Shown here: one piece after another, positions 1 through 7,406 of the stretch | How the letters are laid out: every line of letters begins with the position of its first letter | Numbering within the stretch: the stretch's first letter is position 1 | Origin: Candidatus Iainarchaeum sp. | Lineage (GTDB): Archaea > Iainarchaeota > Iainarchaeia > Iainarchaeales > CSSED10-239 | Direction: 5' to 3' | NCBI GenBank assembly: GCA_003559395.1 | Contig: PWLL01000041.1 | Location: 1-13,161 of the forward strand | DNA: 13,161 nucleotides | Translations under genes and position numbers: made by a program | The notes under the pieces: model-generated | Database searches by the model: none | What the model saw: only the letters and a program-made list of their open reading frames with translations | Told to the model about the DNA's origin: nothing

Positions 1-585
1 GTGTGTTGTAGAAGACCCACCTCCAGAACCACCATCTAACCCATTTCTAAAATTATCCCATTGACCTCCAGCACCTCCACCAAAGGCAACTAAAGCACCA
101 AAAGAAGAATTATCTCCACTAATTGCTTGGGCTGCAGTACTTGTAGCTCCAGCACCACCAGCACCAACAACAACATTTATTGTATCATTATATGAAAGTG
201 TATAATTTTCTTCAAATATTAAACCACCAGCACCTCCACCAGCGCCATGTCTTCTACCACCACCACCGCCACCAGCAACAACCAAAACATCTACTTCTGT
301 TACTCCTGCAGGAACTTCCCAAGTATGTTCTCCAACTTCTGTAAATGCATAAACTTCTGATTCACGATGTGGTTCAAAGACAAAAGGAATTGGTTCATCA
401 AAGTTATCTTTAAAAACAATATTATAAGATTCTACGTTACTAATAAGATCTCCATATAATGTCTCAACAGCAACCACAGTTTGTTTATCTTCAACAACAG
501 GCAATGCCTGAGGAATATACAATATAGCTAATATAAAAACCATTAAAAATATTGTTGTGGACATTATCCAATCTATATATTGCAT
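1..585 (-). CDS. Secreted or membrane-anchored glycine-rich domain protein; N-terminal 195 aa present, C-terminus runs off the window start
   Basis: Absent from the ORF track because there is no stop codon in the window. I hand-translated the reverse strand from ATG 585..583 and it stays open to nt 1 (585 nt = 195 codons). Translation: MQYIDWIMSTTIFLMVFILAILYIPQALPVVEDKQTVVAVETLYGDLISNVESYNIVFKDNFDEPIPFVFEPHRESEVYAFTEVGEHTWEVPAGVTEVDVLVVAGGGGGGRRHGAGGGAGGLIFEENYTLSYNDTINVVVGAGGAGATSTAAQAISGDNSSFGALVAFGGGAGGQWDNFRNGLDGGSGGGSSTTH. It has a hydrophobic N-terminal signal or anchor. The 'W-V-P-A-G-V-T-x-V-D-V-L-V-V-A-GGGGGG ... GAGGGAGG' pattern is what I recall for proteins annotated as 'glycine-rich domain-containing'. 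Alternative starts are at 564 and 543. Confidence 0.6.
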   Translation of the reverse strand, partial: MQYIDWIMSTTIFLMVFILAILYIPQALPVVEDKQTVVAVETLYGDLISNVESYNIVFKDNFDEPIPFVFEPHRESEVYAFTEVGEHTWEVPAGVTEVDVLVVAGGGGGGRRHGAGGGAGGLIFEENYTLSYNDTINVVVGAGGAGATSTAAQAISGDNSSFGALVAFGGGAGGQWDNFRNGLDGGSGGGSSTTH

Positions 586-695
586 GTTTTTTCGTAATTT
601 ATAAAGTATTTATATAAGTTTCCTACATATAATATATATTAAATGTTTAAAAAGTATTTGTTTTTTAAAAATAAACAATATAAAAAGAAATTAAC

Positions 696-2165
696 ATGGT
701 AAACACAAAAAAAGAAAAACAAGTAGTCACAAATAATATTTTTTGGTTAACAATTTCCAAAACAATTGTTTATTTATTATCGTTTTTAACAGTAATGTTG
801 ATTCCAAGATATTTAGGAGTTGATGGTTTTGGTCAACTTAATTTTGTTCTTTCTTTTATTGGTGTGTTTATTATCTTTGGAGATCTAGGCATAAACAAAC
901 TAACTTTAAGAGAAGTATCTAAAGATAACAAACTTGCAAAAAAATATTTTAATAAGTTGTTTTTATTTAAAATTTTATTAGTTTTTGTTTTGTCTTTTAT
1001 CTTAGTGGTTGTTTCTTTTATTATAGATAAACCATTAATTGTAAAACAAGTTTTGTTGTTATCTATACTTTATTTAGGTTTTAGTTTGCTTAGTAGATTT
1101 TGTTTAATATTTTTACAAGCATTTCAAAAATTAAAATATAAGTCTATTTATGATGTGTTAACAAAGTTTGTATATGTTGTTTTTGTGTTGTTGTTTATTT
1201 ATCTTAATCTAGGAATTAAAGGTGTTGTTTATGCACACATATTAATGGCTGTTGTAGGTTTTGTTTATGTTCTTTTTTCTCTTAAAAAATATATTTCTTT
1301 AAATCTAAAAAAAGATGCTTTGTTTGTAAAACAAACTTTGCTAAAAGCTTGGCCATTTGCTTTAGGCTCATTATTTACAAACGTTTATTTTTATTTTGAT
1401 ACTATTTTAATTTCTTTTATACATGGTGAATATCTTGTTGGACTTTATTCTATTGGGTATACTTTACATAGATTTTTGTTAGGCATTTTATCTATATTTA
1501 CTGTTTCTTTTTTTCCTGTACTTGCAAAATATGCATACAAGAAAAACCTTAACAAAGTTACTTCTTTATTTACCTATGTTGTTGTTTCTTTTTCTGTACC
1601 TCTTTGTTTTGGAGGCATCTTTCTTGCAAAAGAGATTATCAATTTTGCTTTTGGGTCTGCATACATAAATGGAATCATTCCTTTTAATATTATTTTGATT
1701 TTCTTTTTAATAGCTTCAACAAACATTGTTTTTATTTATCTTTTATATATCAGAAATTATGAAAAATATGTTCTTAAACTAAGAATCTATGCAACAATAC
1801 TAAACATTGTGCTAAATTTATTAATCATTCCTTCATATGGTATTGTTGGTGCGGCAATCACAACTGTTTTTTGTGAATGGTTTTTGTTTGTGGTTTATTA
1901 TTTTAAAATAACAACAATTACAAGAATAAATCTTCTAAAAATATTCAAAAAACCTGTATTTGCAACTATGTTTATGTTGTTAGTTTTGTTTTTGATAAAA
2001 GATGTTTTTAAGATCTATTTGTTTAATAATATTTACGATGCACTTTTTTTTGTGTTTATAGGTATTGGTTCTTATGTTTTGTTTTATATAGCTATTAAAG
2101 GTATAAGTAAAAAACAGATTTACTTTATTTTAAACACTTTTTTCTCATTTAATAAAAGAAAGTAA
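696..2165 (+). CDS. Polysaccharide/oligosaccharide flippase of the MOP superfamily (Wzx/AglR-like polysaccharide biosynthesis protein)
   Basis: 489-aa ORF that is almost entirely hydrophobic, with roughly a dozen or more TM-like segments by eye. The N-terminal stretch NIFWLTISKTIVYLLSFLTVMLIPRYLGVDGFGQLNFVLSFIGVFIIFGDLGINKLTLREVSKD fits the Polysacc_synt/Wzx family pattern. An A/T-rich TATA-like stretch (661-685) lies just upstream of the ATG. Confidence 0.8.
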   Translation: MVNTKKEKQVVTNNIFWLTISKTIVYLLSFLTVMLIPRYLGVDGFGQLNFVLSFIGVFIIFGDLGINKLTLREVSKDNKLAKKYFNKLFLFKILLVFVLSFILVVVSFIIDKPLIVKQVLLLSILYLGFSLLSRFCLIFLQAFQKLKYKSIYDVLTKFVYVVFVLLFIYLNLGIKGVVYAHILMAVVGFVYVLFSLKKYISLNLKKDALFVKQTLLKAWPFALGSLFTNVYFYFDTILISFIHGEYLVGLYSIGYTLHRFLLGILSIFTVSFFPVLAKYAYKKNLNKVTSLFTYVVVSFSVPLCFGGIFLAKEIINFAFGSAYINGIIPFNIILIFFLIASTNIVFIYLLYIRNYEKYVLKLRIYATILNIVLNLLIIPSYGIVGAAITTVFCEWFLFVVYYFKITTITRINLLKIFKKPVFATMFMLLVLFLIKDVFKIYLFNNIYDALFFVFIGIGSYVLFYIAIKGISKKQIYFILNTFFSFNKRK

Positions 2166-2172
2166 AAATAGA

Positions 2173-3708
2173 TTATTCTTCAGGTTCTGGTGGTCTTATT
2201 ATTTCTGTGGTGATTGTTAGATGTTTTACGTATTCTAAAACATCGTCTTCTCTAAATGGATTCTCAACAAACACTTTAACAGAACATTGTCTGGTTATAT
2301 CTTTTGAAGTGTCTAAAAGAGCAGATTCTAAAACAGTTATAGTTATTGGAACGTTGTTTACTTGTCTTTGAAGAATGTTTCCTGTAGCAATAGAAAGATC
2401 ATAATATATTAAATTTTCACAATCTTCTATTAATCCAGGAGACAAAACATTAACATCTAGAACATTTATTCTAAAATTGTTTTTATTGTTTAGTTCTAGA
2501 GTTGTATATTTCATTTCTGAATCGTTTGTTGAAACATCATATTCTATAGAAACATTATCATTTGAAAGATCAATTTCAAAAGAAATTTCAGGTTCTTCAA
2601 AAGTAAGTTCAAGATCCATTGTTTTTATATCATCAACAAAATATCTACTTTCAAAGATTATTTCTCCAGTGATTTTTGTTGGATAGACGTTATCAGTAGG
2701 CATTCTTAGTTCAATAACCTCTTGTTTTTTTGAAGAGCTTGAAACCAAAACCTCTTCATTTGTATATCTAAACCAATCATCAACATTTTCATTTTTTGGT
2801 TCATCAGAACTTAAGTCTAGGCTTATGGTTAGATCATTTATTATTAATTGATTTTTAGAATTATCAATCTCACAAACAATATTTTTAGTTTCTTCTCCAA
2901 AAACATATTTTTCTTTTGTATTTATGCAACTTACTTTAATTTCAGGAGTATCTAATATGTTTATGTTTGTTTTAAATGTTTCTGGAATTTTTAAATAATT
3001 TATTTTTGGATATATTGTTTTTTCTCCAATTTCTTCATTTTCAGGAATTTCAAATACTATGAAATATTTTCTTGTAACAGAAGGAGAGATTGCTAATGTT
3101 TCTTGATTTTCTATCTTTTCTCCAAGCGTAGTAATATAATAATGTTCCCAATCTTTTGCATCTCCAACAAAATCAACGTTTTCTTTTAAATAATAGGCGT
3201 CGTTAGCGCTTGTATTTTTTAAAGTTATTTCGGCTTGTATATTTTGTCCTGGAAAAAAATTATCTCCATCTACAAACCTAAAATCATCAATAGAAAGATT
3301 TATGTTCTTTTCAACACTTTCAGAAATATAATATGGAGAATCTTTTATGTTTTTATTTTCTGAAGTATGTAGTTTATATTCTGGAACCATAATAACATAA
3401 CTATATACTCCTTTTTTTAATTTTATATTATCATTCAAACTAAATCTTTCAGCATCTGTTTGTCCAGATCTTCTAAAGGTTATGCTTCCTTGTGTTAGGG
3501 GGTCTCCTTCAGTGTTTTCTATATTTACGTTTACATCAATAAAATTAAAGAAAATTTGATTTATTATAAAATATAAAACTCCTATAATTATCAATAAAAT
3601 TACAATTGTTTTTATTTTTTTAACAATTGCAGGATTTAAATTTACACTTTTTTTAGGTTTAGGTCCTGCCCCTCCACCAAACGGATCAAATTCAGGCATT
3701 TTTCTCAA
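2173..3708 (-). CDS. Uncharacterised single-pass (N-in, C-out) surface protein with several beta-sandwich-like modules
   Basis: 511-aa ORF. It has a short Gly/Pro/Lys tail (MPEFDPFGGGAGPKPKK) and one TM helix (IKTIVILLIIIGVLYFIINQIFF, about nt 3540-3612). About 450 acidic Asn/Glu/Ile-rich residues follow, containing PEGA-like (IKLKKGVYSYVIMVPEYKL) and CARDB-like (FFPGQNIQAEITLKNTSANDAYYL) segments and two Cys pairs. The track start at 3708 is a TTG; the ATG at 3699 is the more likely start. The upstream gene's stop, TGA, is at 3707..3705. Confidence 0.7.
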   Translation of the reverse strand: MRKMPEFDPFGGGAGPKPKKSVNLNPAIVKKIKTIVILLIIIGVLYFIINQIFFNFIDVNVNIENTEGDPLTQGSITFRRSGQTDAERFSLNDNIKLKKGVYSYVIMVPEYKLHTSENKNIKDSPYYISESVEKNINLSIDDFRFVDGDNFFPGQNIQAEITLKNTSANDAYYLKENVDFVGDAKDWEHYYITTLGEKIENQETLAISPSVTRKYFIVFEIPENEEIGEKTIYPKINYLKIPETFKTNINILDTPEIKVSCINTKEKYVFGEETKNIVCEIDNSKNQLIINDLTISLDLSSDEPKNENVDDWFRYTNEEVLVSSSSKKQEVIELRMPTDNVYPTKITGEIIFESRYFVDDIKTMDLELTFEEPEISFEIDLSNDNVSIEYDVSTNDSEMKYTTLELNNKNNFRINVLDVNVLSPGLIEDCENLIYYDLSIATGNILQRQVNNVPITITVLESALLDTSKDITRQCSVKVFVENPFREDDVLEYVKHLTITTEIIRPPEPEE

Positions 3709-4532
3709 TTTCTTTTAGATAATAGATATCTTGTAGACAACAACTCATCTTTTAGTTCTTTAATAAGTTCTAAAGATACTTTTTCTTTTTCAATAAACTT
3801 TGCTTCTAAATGTTTTATATCGTTTGTTAAATTTCTTATGTTTCTATATAACGAATCTAGTTCTTTTTCAACTTGAATGACATGTAGTTTAAGAACAGTT
3901 AGATCTTGTTCATTGGCTTTTGTTTTTTTAAGAAACTCGTTTTCAAGTTCACTTAGTCTTGATCTTTTTACTTTATCTTGTGCGTCTATGATTTCGTATT
4001 TTTTTAAATCGTCGTTAAGTTCTTTTATTTTTTCATCTTTTTTGTTTAGTACTAGTAATAGTTCGTCAACACTTTTTCTTTGTTTATTAACGTCTTGAAA
4101 CTTATATTTTATATCTTCTTTTATCTTAAAAACATAGTCAAAGAATATGTTTAGTATGTTTTTTGTATCTTCTTCTATTCTAAAATATCTTTCTGGTCTT
4201 GTTATTTCTTCTTTTATTATTATTACATCAGACTCTACTTCTTTTTTATTTTTTTCAAGATATATCTCTCTTGCAATTTTTTTAGACAATACAAGAAAGT
4301 CTTCTGCAAAAAGTTGTAGTTTTTTAAGATTACATTCTTTTGCTTCTTGAAGATTATATTTTCTTGATCTTTCCATAATTGTTTCAGAGAGATTTTCAAG
4401 AAGTTCTTTTATTTTTGTTAAGGTTTCTAGAAGTTCTTTTTTAGGTTGTTTATATAAAGGATACATAAAACTTCTATATGTTTCTCTGGCATGATTTTCA
4501 AAATCATCATAATCTTTAATTATTTTTTCCAT
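3705..4532 (-). CDS. Uncharacterised cytoplasmic coiled-coil protein, translationally coupled to the downstream surface protein
   Basis: 275-aa ORF with no hydrophobic segment. The C-terminal half is heptad-like and K/E/L-rich (LSELENEFLKKTKANEQDLTVLKLHVIQVEKELDSLYRNIRNLTNDIKHLEAKFIEKEKVSLELIKELKDELL). I recognise no family motif. Its stop overlaps or abuts the start of the next gene. Confidence 0.65.
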   Translation of the reverse strand: MEKIIKDYDDFENHARETYRSFMYPLYKQPKKELLETLTKIKELLENLSETIMERSRKYNLQEAKECNLKKLQLFAEDFLVLSKKIAREIYLEKNKKEVESDVIIIKEEITRPERYFRIEEDTKNILNIFFDYVFKIKEDIKYKFQDVNKQRKSVDELLLVLNKKDEKIKELNDDLKKYEIIDAQDKVKRSRLSELENEFLKKTKANEQDLTVLKLHVIQVEKELDSLYRNIRNLTNDIKHLEAKFIEKEKVSLELIKELKDELLSTRYLLSKRN

Positions 4533-4724
4533 ATTTTACACTTTTTATAACCATAACTATTATATATATATATAAACTAAGATTTAAAATACTATTTATA
4601 ATGAAACTTTATAAAAAACACCTTTTTATTTTGTTTGTCTCTATATATTATTTGTATTTTTAAAAATAAAAAACAAAGTTTATTTTTAGAAAACTATTTT
4701 TTTAAAAAAATAAAAATGAGGTGA

Positions 4725-5318
4725 ATGATTGTGAAAAAAACAATTGTAAATCTTGCAAAAGCTTTTGTTGGAGAAAGTCAAGCAAGAAATAGATATACAA
4801 TCTATGCAAAGATTGCAAAAAAAGAAGGTTATGAAAAAATTTCTGCTATTTTTTTAGAAACTGCAGAACAAGAAAGAGAACATGCAAAATGGTTGTTTAG
4901 ATTAATAAATAATCTTAAAGAAAAACTTGGTGAAGAAAACTATAACCCTATAACTATAGATGCAGATGTGCCAACAACACATGGTACAACTATTGAAAAT
5001 CTAAAAGCTGCAATGGCTGGAGAAAGTGAAGAATATGAAAATATGTATCCTGGTTTTGCAAAAATTGCAGAAGAAGAAGGACTACAAGATATCGCAAACA
5101 GACTTAAATCAATTGCTGTTGCAGAAAAACATCATAAAGAAAGATATGCTAAACTTTTAGAACAACTTGAAAACAAAACTATGTTTAAAAAAGATACAGA
5201 AGTTGTTTGGGTTTGTAGAAATTGTGGTTATGCACATACAGGAAAAGAAGCTTTAGAAGAATGTCCGTCATGTACACATCCTCAAGCATATTTTGAGAAA
5301 CAATGTGAGTCTTATTAG
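4725..5318 (+). CDS. rbr: Rubrerythrin (diiron four-helix bundle plus C-terminal rubredoxin-like domain)
   Basis: The ferritin-like diiron motifs VGESQARNRYTIYAKIAKKEGYEKISAIFLETAEQEREHAKWLF and AMAGESEEYENMYPGFAKIAEEEG...AVAEKHHKERY are present. The C-terminus carries CxxC...CxxC (WVCRNCGYAHTGKEALEECPSCTHP). The SD-like GAGGTGA at 4718-4724 directly abuts ATG 4725, so the GTG at 4731 (6-nt spacing) may be the real start. Confidence 0.93.
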   Translation: MIVKKTIVNLAKAFVGESQARNRYTIYAKIAKKEGYEKISAIFLETAEQEREHAKWLFRLINNLKEKLGEENYNPITIDADVPTTHGTTIENLKAAMAGESEEYENMYPGFAKIAEEEGLQDIANRLKSIAVAEKHHKERYAKLLEQLENKTMFKKDTEVVWVCRNCGYAHTGKEALEECPSCTHPQAYFEKQCESY

Positions 5319-5326
5319 GATTTTTA

Positions 5327-5352
5327 AAAAACCATCTTTTTTGATGGTTTTT
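5327..5352 (+). terminator. Perfect 10-bp hairpin (AAAAACCATC / 6-nt T loop / GATGGTTTTT) in the rbr-dfx spacer; possible partial terminator or RNA stability/processing element
   Basis: Read directly from the sequence: left arm 5327-5336, loop 5337-5342, right arm 5343-5352. It starts 9 nt after the rbr stop (TAG 5316-5318) and ends right at the AGGAG (5353-5357) in front of dfx. The A-tract/T-tract arms make it symmetric on both strands. Confidence 0.4.
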
Positions 5353-5357
5353 AGGAG

Positions 5358-5762
5358 ATGTTATTTATGACAAATAAAAATGAAGTTTACAAATGTGATA
5401 TTTGTGGAAATATTGTAGAGGTTTTAGAAAGGGGTAACGGTATTTTAGTTTGTTGTGGACAAGATATGATATTATTTAAAGAAAATACTGTTGATGCAGC
5501 ATATGAGAAACATTTACCAGTAATAGAACCAAAAGATGAAAAAATTTTGGTTTCTGTTGGTTCTGTAAACCATCCAATGACAGAAGAACACTATATTAAA
5601 TGGATTGAGATAATTACAGACGATCAACAAATAAAAACAACACTAAAACCTGGACACGCGCCCACTGTCACCTTCAACATAAAACCAAACAAAAACATAA
5701 CCGCAAGAGCATTTTGTAACCTTCACGGTCTTTGGAGATCAGAACAAAATTTAGAAAAATAG
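5358..5762 (+). CDS. dfx: Desulfoferrodoxin (class I, 2Fe superoxide reductase)
   Basis: The N-terminal desulforedoxin-like centre I is present, YKCDICGNIVEVLERGNGILVCCGQDM (CxxC...CC). Centre II ligand motifs are EKHLPVIE, HPMTEEHYIKWIEI and CNLHGLW. AGGAG at 5353-5357 favours ATG 5367 (MTNKNEVYKC) over the track start at 5358. Confidence 0.9.
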   Translation: MLFMTNKNEVYKCDICGNIVEVLERGNGILVCCGQDMILFKENTVDAAYEKHLPVIEPKDEKILVSVGSVNHPMTEEHYIKWIEIITDDQQIKTTLKPGHAPTVTFNIKPNKNITARAFCNLHGLWRSEQNLEK

Positions 5763-6398
5763 ATGGTTATGCAAAGATTAGTTGAACTTGTAAAAAATCT
5801 GTCAAAAGATAAACAACTAGTGTTAACTATTGATCAGAAAATATCTTCTTTTAAAAATTTGCAAAAAAAATCATCTAGGTTGCTTTTTCAAGAACTTTGC
5901 TTTTGTATTCTTACTGCAAATTATTCTGCAAAAAAAGCAATATATATTCAAGAGAACATAAAAGATGGATTTAACAATCTTTCAGAAACAAAAATAGCAA
6001 AAGATCTTAAAAAACTAGGCCACAGATTTCCAAACACAAGAGCAAAATACATTTGTTATTCAAGAAAATATCAAGATATTCTTAAAAAAACTCTTTTTTC
6101 TTTTAATACTTCTAATGAGAAAAGAGATTGGTTAGTAAAAAACATAAAAGGTTTAGGCTATAAAGAAGCAAGTCATTTTTTAAGAAACATAGGTGTTTTA
6201 GATGTTGCAATTATTGATTTTCATATAGTGGATGTTCTGGTTTCATATAAACTTATTAAAAAACCAAAAACTATGACTAAAAAAGAATACTTGTCTATAG
6301 AAAAAAAACTAAAGCAACTTGCAAAGAAAACAAATAAAACTTTAGGAGAACTAGATTTGTATCTTTGGTTTTATGAAACTAAAACTGTGTTTAAATAA
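5763..6398 (+). CDS. ogg: N-glycosylase/DNA lyase, archaeal Ogg2-type 8-oxoguanine DNA glycosylase (HhH-GPD superfamily)
   Basis: It is close, end to end, to the Methanocaldococcus-type Ogg as I remember it. Matching stretches are ELCFCILTANYSAKKAIYIQ, LKKLGHRFPNTRAKYI, NIKGLGYKEASHFLRNIG (catalytic Lys context), DVAIIDFHI (Asp) and ELDLYLWF. The ATG follows the dfx stop (TAG 5760-5762) with no spacer. Confidence 0.9.
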   Translation: MVMQRLVELVKNLSKDKQLVLTIDQKISSFKNLQKKSSRLLFQELCFCILTANYSAKKAIYIQENIKDGFNNLSETKIAKDLKKLGHRFPNTRAKYICYSRKYQDILKKTLFSFNTSNEKRDWLVKNIKGLGYKEASHFLRNIGVLDVAIIDFHIVDVLVSYKLIKKPKTMTKKEYLSIEKKLKQLAKKTNKTLGELDLYLWFYETKTVFK

Positions 6399-7389
6399 TT
6401 TCAAGAACATCTAAACTTTCACAAGAACAAGGTTTTTTAACAATTTCTGAAAGATTTGGTGTTGATCTTTCTTCATCACCTGATATAAATTCTTTTATAT
6501 AGAGTCCTGCGTCTGCAAGTATTTTTACAAAAAATCTTTTATCATCAATTTTTTTATAATCTTTTATCATGCATTTTCTTTCTCTGATCTTATCTACTCT
6601 TCTTTTTTTTACTCTTGTTGGCGTTTTTTGTTTAATAACAAAGGTTTCTTTATAGTTATCTAACAAAGACAATTCATAATCTTTTTCACAAACAACAACG
6701 GCTCCGTATATTTTTTGTTTTGATTCTTGTTTTATTTTAGCAATATTGTTTTTGGTTGTTATTTCTAGATCTTTAACAGATATTTTTTCTTGATTTTCTT
6801 TGTTTATTTTTTCTTCTAGTTTTTTAAGATCTTCTTTAGAAATATTTCTTTTTTTAGGTTCTAATAACTCTATAATAAATTCTCTACCATTTCCAAGCAT
6901 AAGCACATCAACGTCTTCTCTTCCAGCTCCATGAAACTTATTTTCTTGTGCTTCAAATAAAGGTTCAATATCTTTTGCAATTATTTCTTGAACAGATTCT
7001 TTTGTTTTTTTACCAGTATATTCGCAAGTTTTACAGCCTTTGCCACGACATTCGTAACAGTAGTGTGTTGTTTGTGCTATGTTTCTTGACAGTTTACAAT
7101 ATTTTCCATAAACAAAGGCAGGCATTATCTCAAAAGAAACAACATCTCTTGTTATATCAATAATTATTTGCACGTCATATTCTATTGTTTTATAATCTGC
7201 TTTTATTTTTTGTTTTATTGTTTCTATTAAGGCTGGGTGCAATTCTTTTTTAAGAAAGGAATCTTCTTCAAGTGTTTTTATACCTAACATAAAACTATTA
7301 ATATCGTGTTTTTTTAGTTTTTCTTGTATTATTGTTGATAAATATTCTACATCTTTATTTTTTTCATAATCGATTTTTTCAAAAAACAT
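6391..7389 (-). CDS. pus10: tRNA pseudouridine synthase Pus10 (archaeal Psi54/Psi55 synthase), short form
   Basis: A Zn-ribbon is present, YCYECRGKGCKTCEYTGKK, followed by SVQEII. The catalytic-Asp block is HGAGREDVDVLMLGNGREFIIELLEPKKR, and the C-terminal end has GLYIKEFISGD. At 332 aa it is shorter than the roughly 390-440 aa I recall for euryarchaeal Pus10, missing N-terminal material. It overlaps the ogg 3' end by 8 nt in convergent orientation. Confidence 0.85.
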   Translation of the reverse strand: MFFEKIDYEKNKDVEYLSTIIQEKLKKHDINSFMLGIKTLEEDSFLKKELHPALIETIKQKIKADYKTIEYDVQIIIDITRDVVSFEIMPAFVYGKYCKLSRNIAQTTHYCYECRGKGCKTCEYTGKKTKESVQEIIAKDIEPLFEAQENKFHGAGREDVDVLMLGNGREFIIELLEPKKRNISKEDLKKLEEKINKENQEKISVKDLEITTKNNIAKIKQESKQKIYGAVVVCEKDYELSLLDNYKETFVIKQKTPTRVKKRRVDKIRERKCMIKDYKKIDDKRFFVKILADAGLYIKEFISGDEERSTPNLSEIVKKPCSCESLDVLEII

Positions 7390-7406
7390 ATTTTTTCATC
7401 TTTATA

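Noticed and set aside
2477-2686. 69-aa + strand ORF from the track, inside the 511-aa gene
   Set aside because: It lies fully antisense to a long ORF with coherent protein features. Its Ser/Phe/Ile-rich composition is typical of the mirror frame of an A-rich gene. There is no start context.
3877-4350. Two + strand ORFs (3877-4098 and 4147-4350) antisense to the coiled-coil gene
   Set aside because: Their Ser/Leu/Phe-rich translations are the complement-frame shadow of a Lys/Glu-rich gene. There is no RBS or independent support.
4561-4574. (TA)7 microsatellite; a similar (AT)6 lies at 12508-12519
   Set aside because: Both lie in divergent promoter spacers of a very A/T-rich genome. They probably just contribute TATA-like sequence. 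They are too short and simple to call a functional repeat or contingency locus.
4601-4663. 20-codon hydrophobic mini-ORF (MKLYKKHLFILFVSIYYLYF) in the divergent intergenic region upstream of rbr
   Set aside because: It has no SD-like motif. Phe/Ile/Tyr/Leu-rich peptides arise by chance in A/T-rich spacers, so nothing supports it beyond being open.
4668-4682. Shared AAAAAACAAA(G/AT)GTTTA-like motif upstream of rbr (4668-4682) and hsp20 (9623-9643), as a possible common stress-regulon operator
   Set aside because: The same A6CAA core also occurs in the glyS/AbiEi spacer and fits the general A-rich composition. Distances to the two starts also differ. This is not distinguishable from background without genome-wide statistics.
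6948-7163. 71-aa + strand ORF antisense to pus10
   Set aside because: It sits opposite the best-conserved part of Pus10 (the Zn-ribbon and catalytic block), so it is a shadow ORF.
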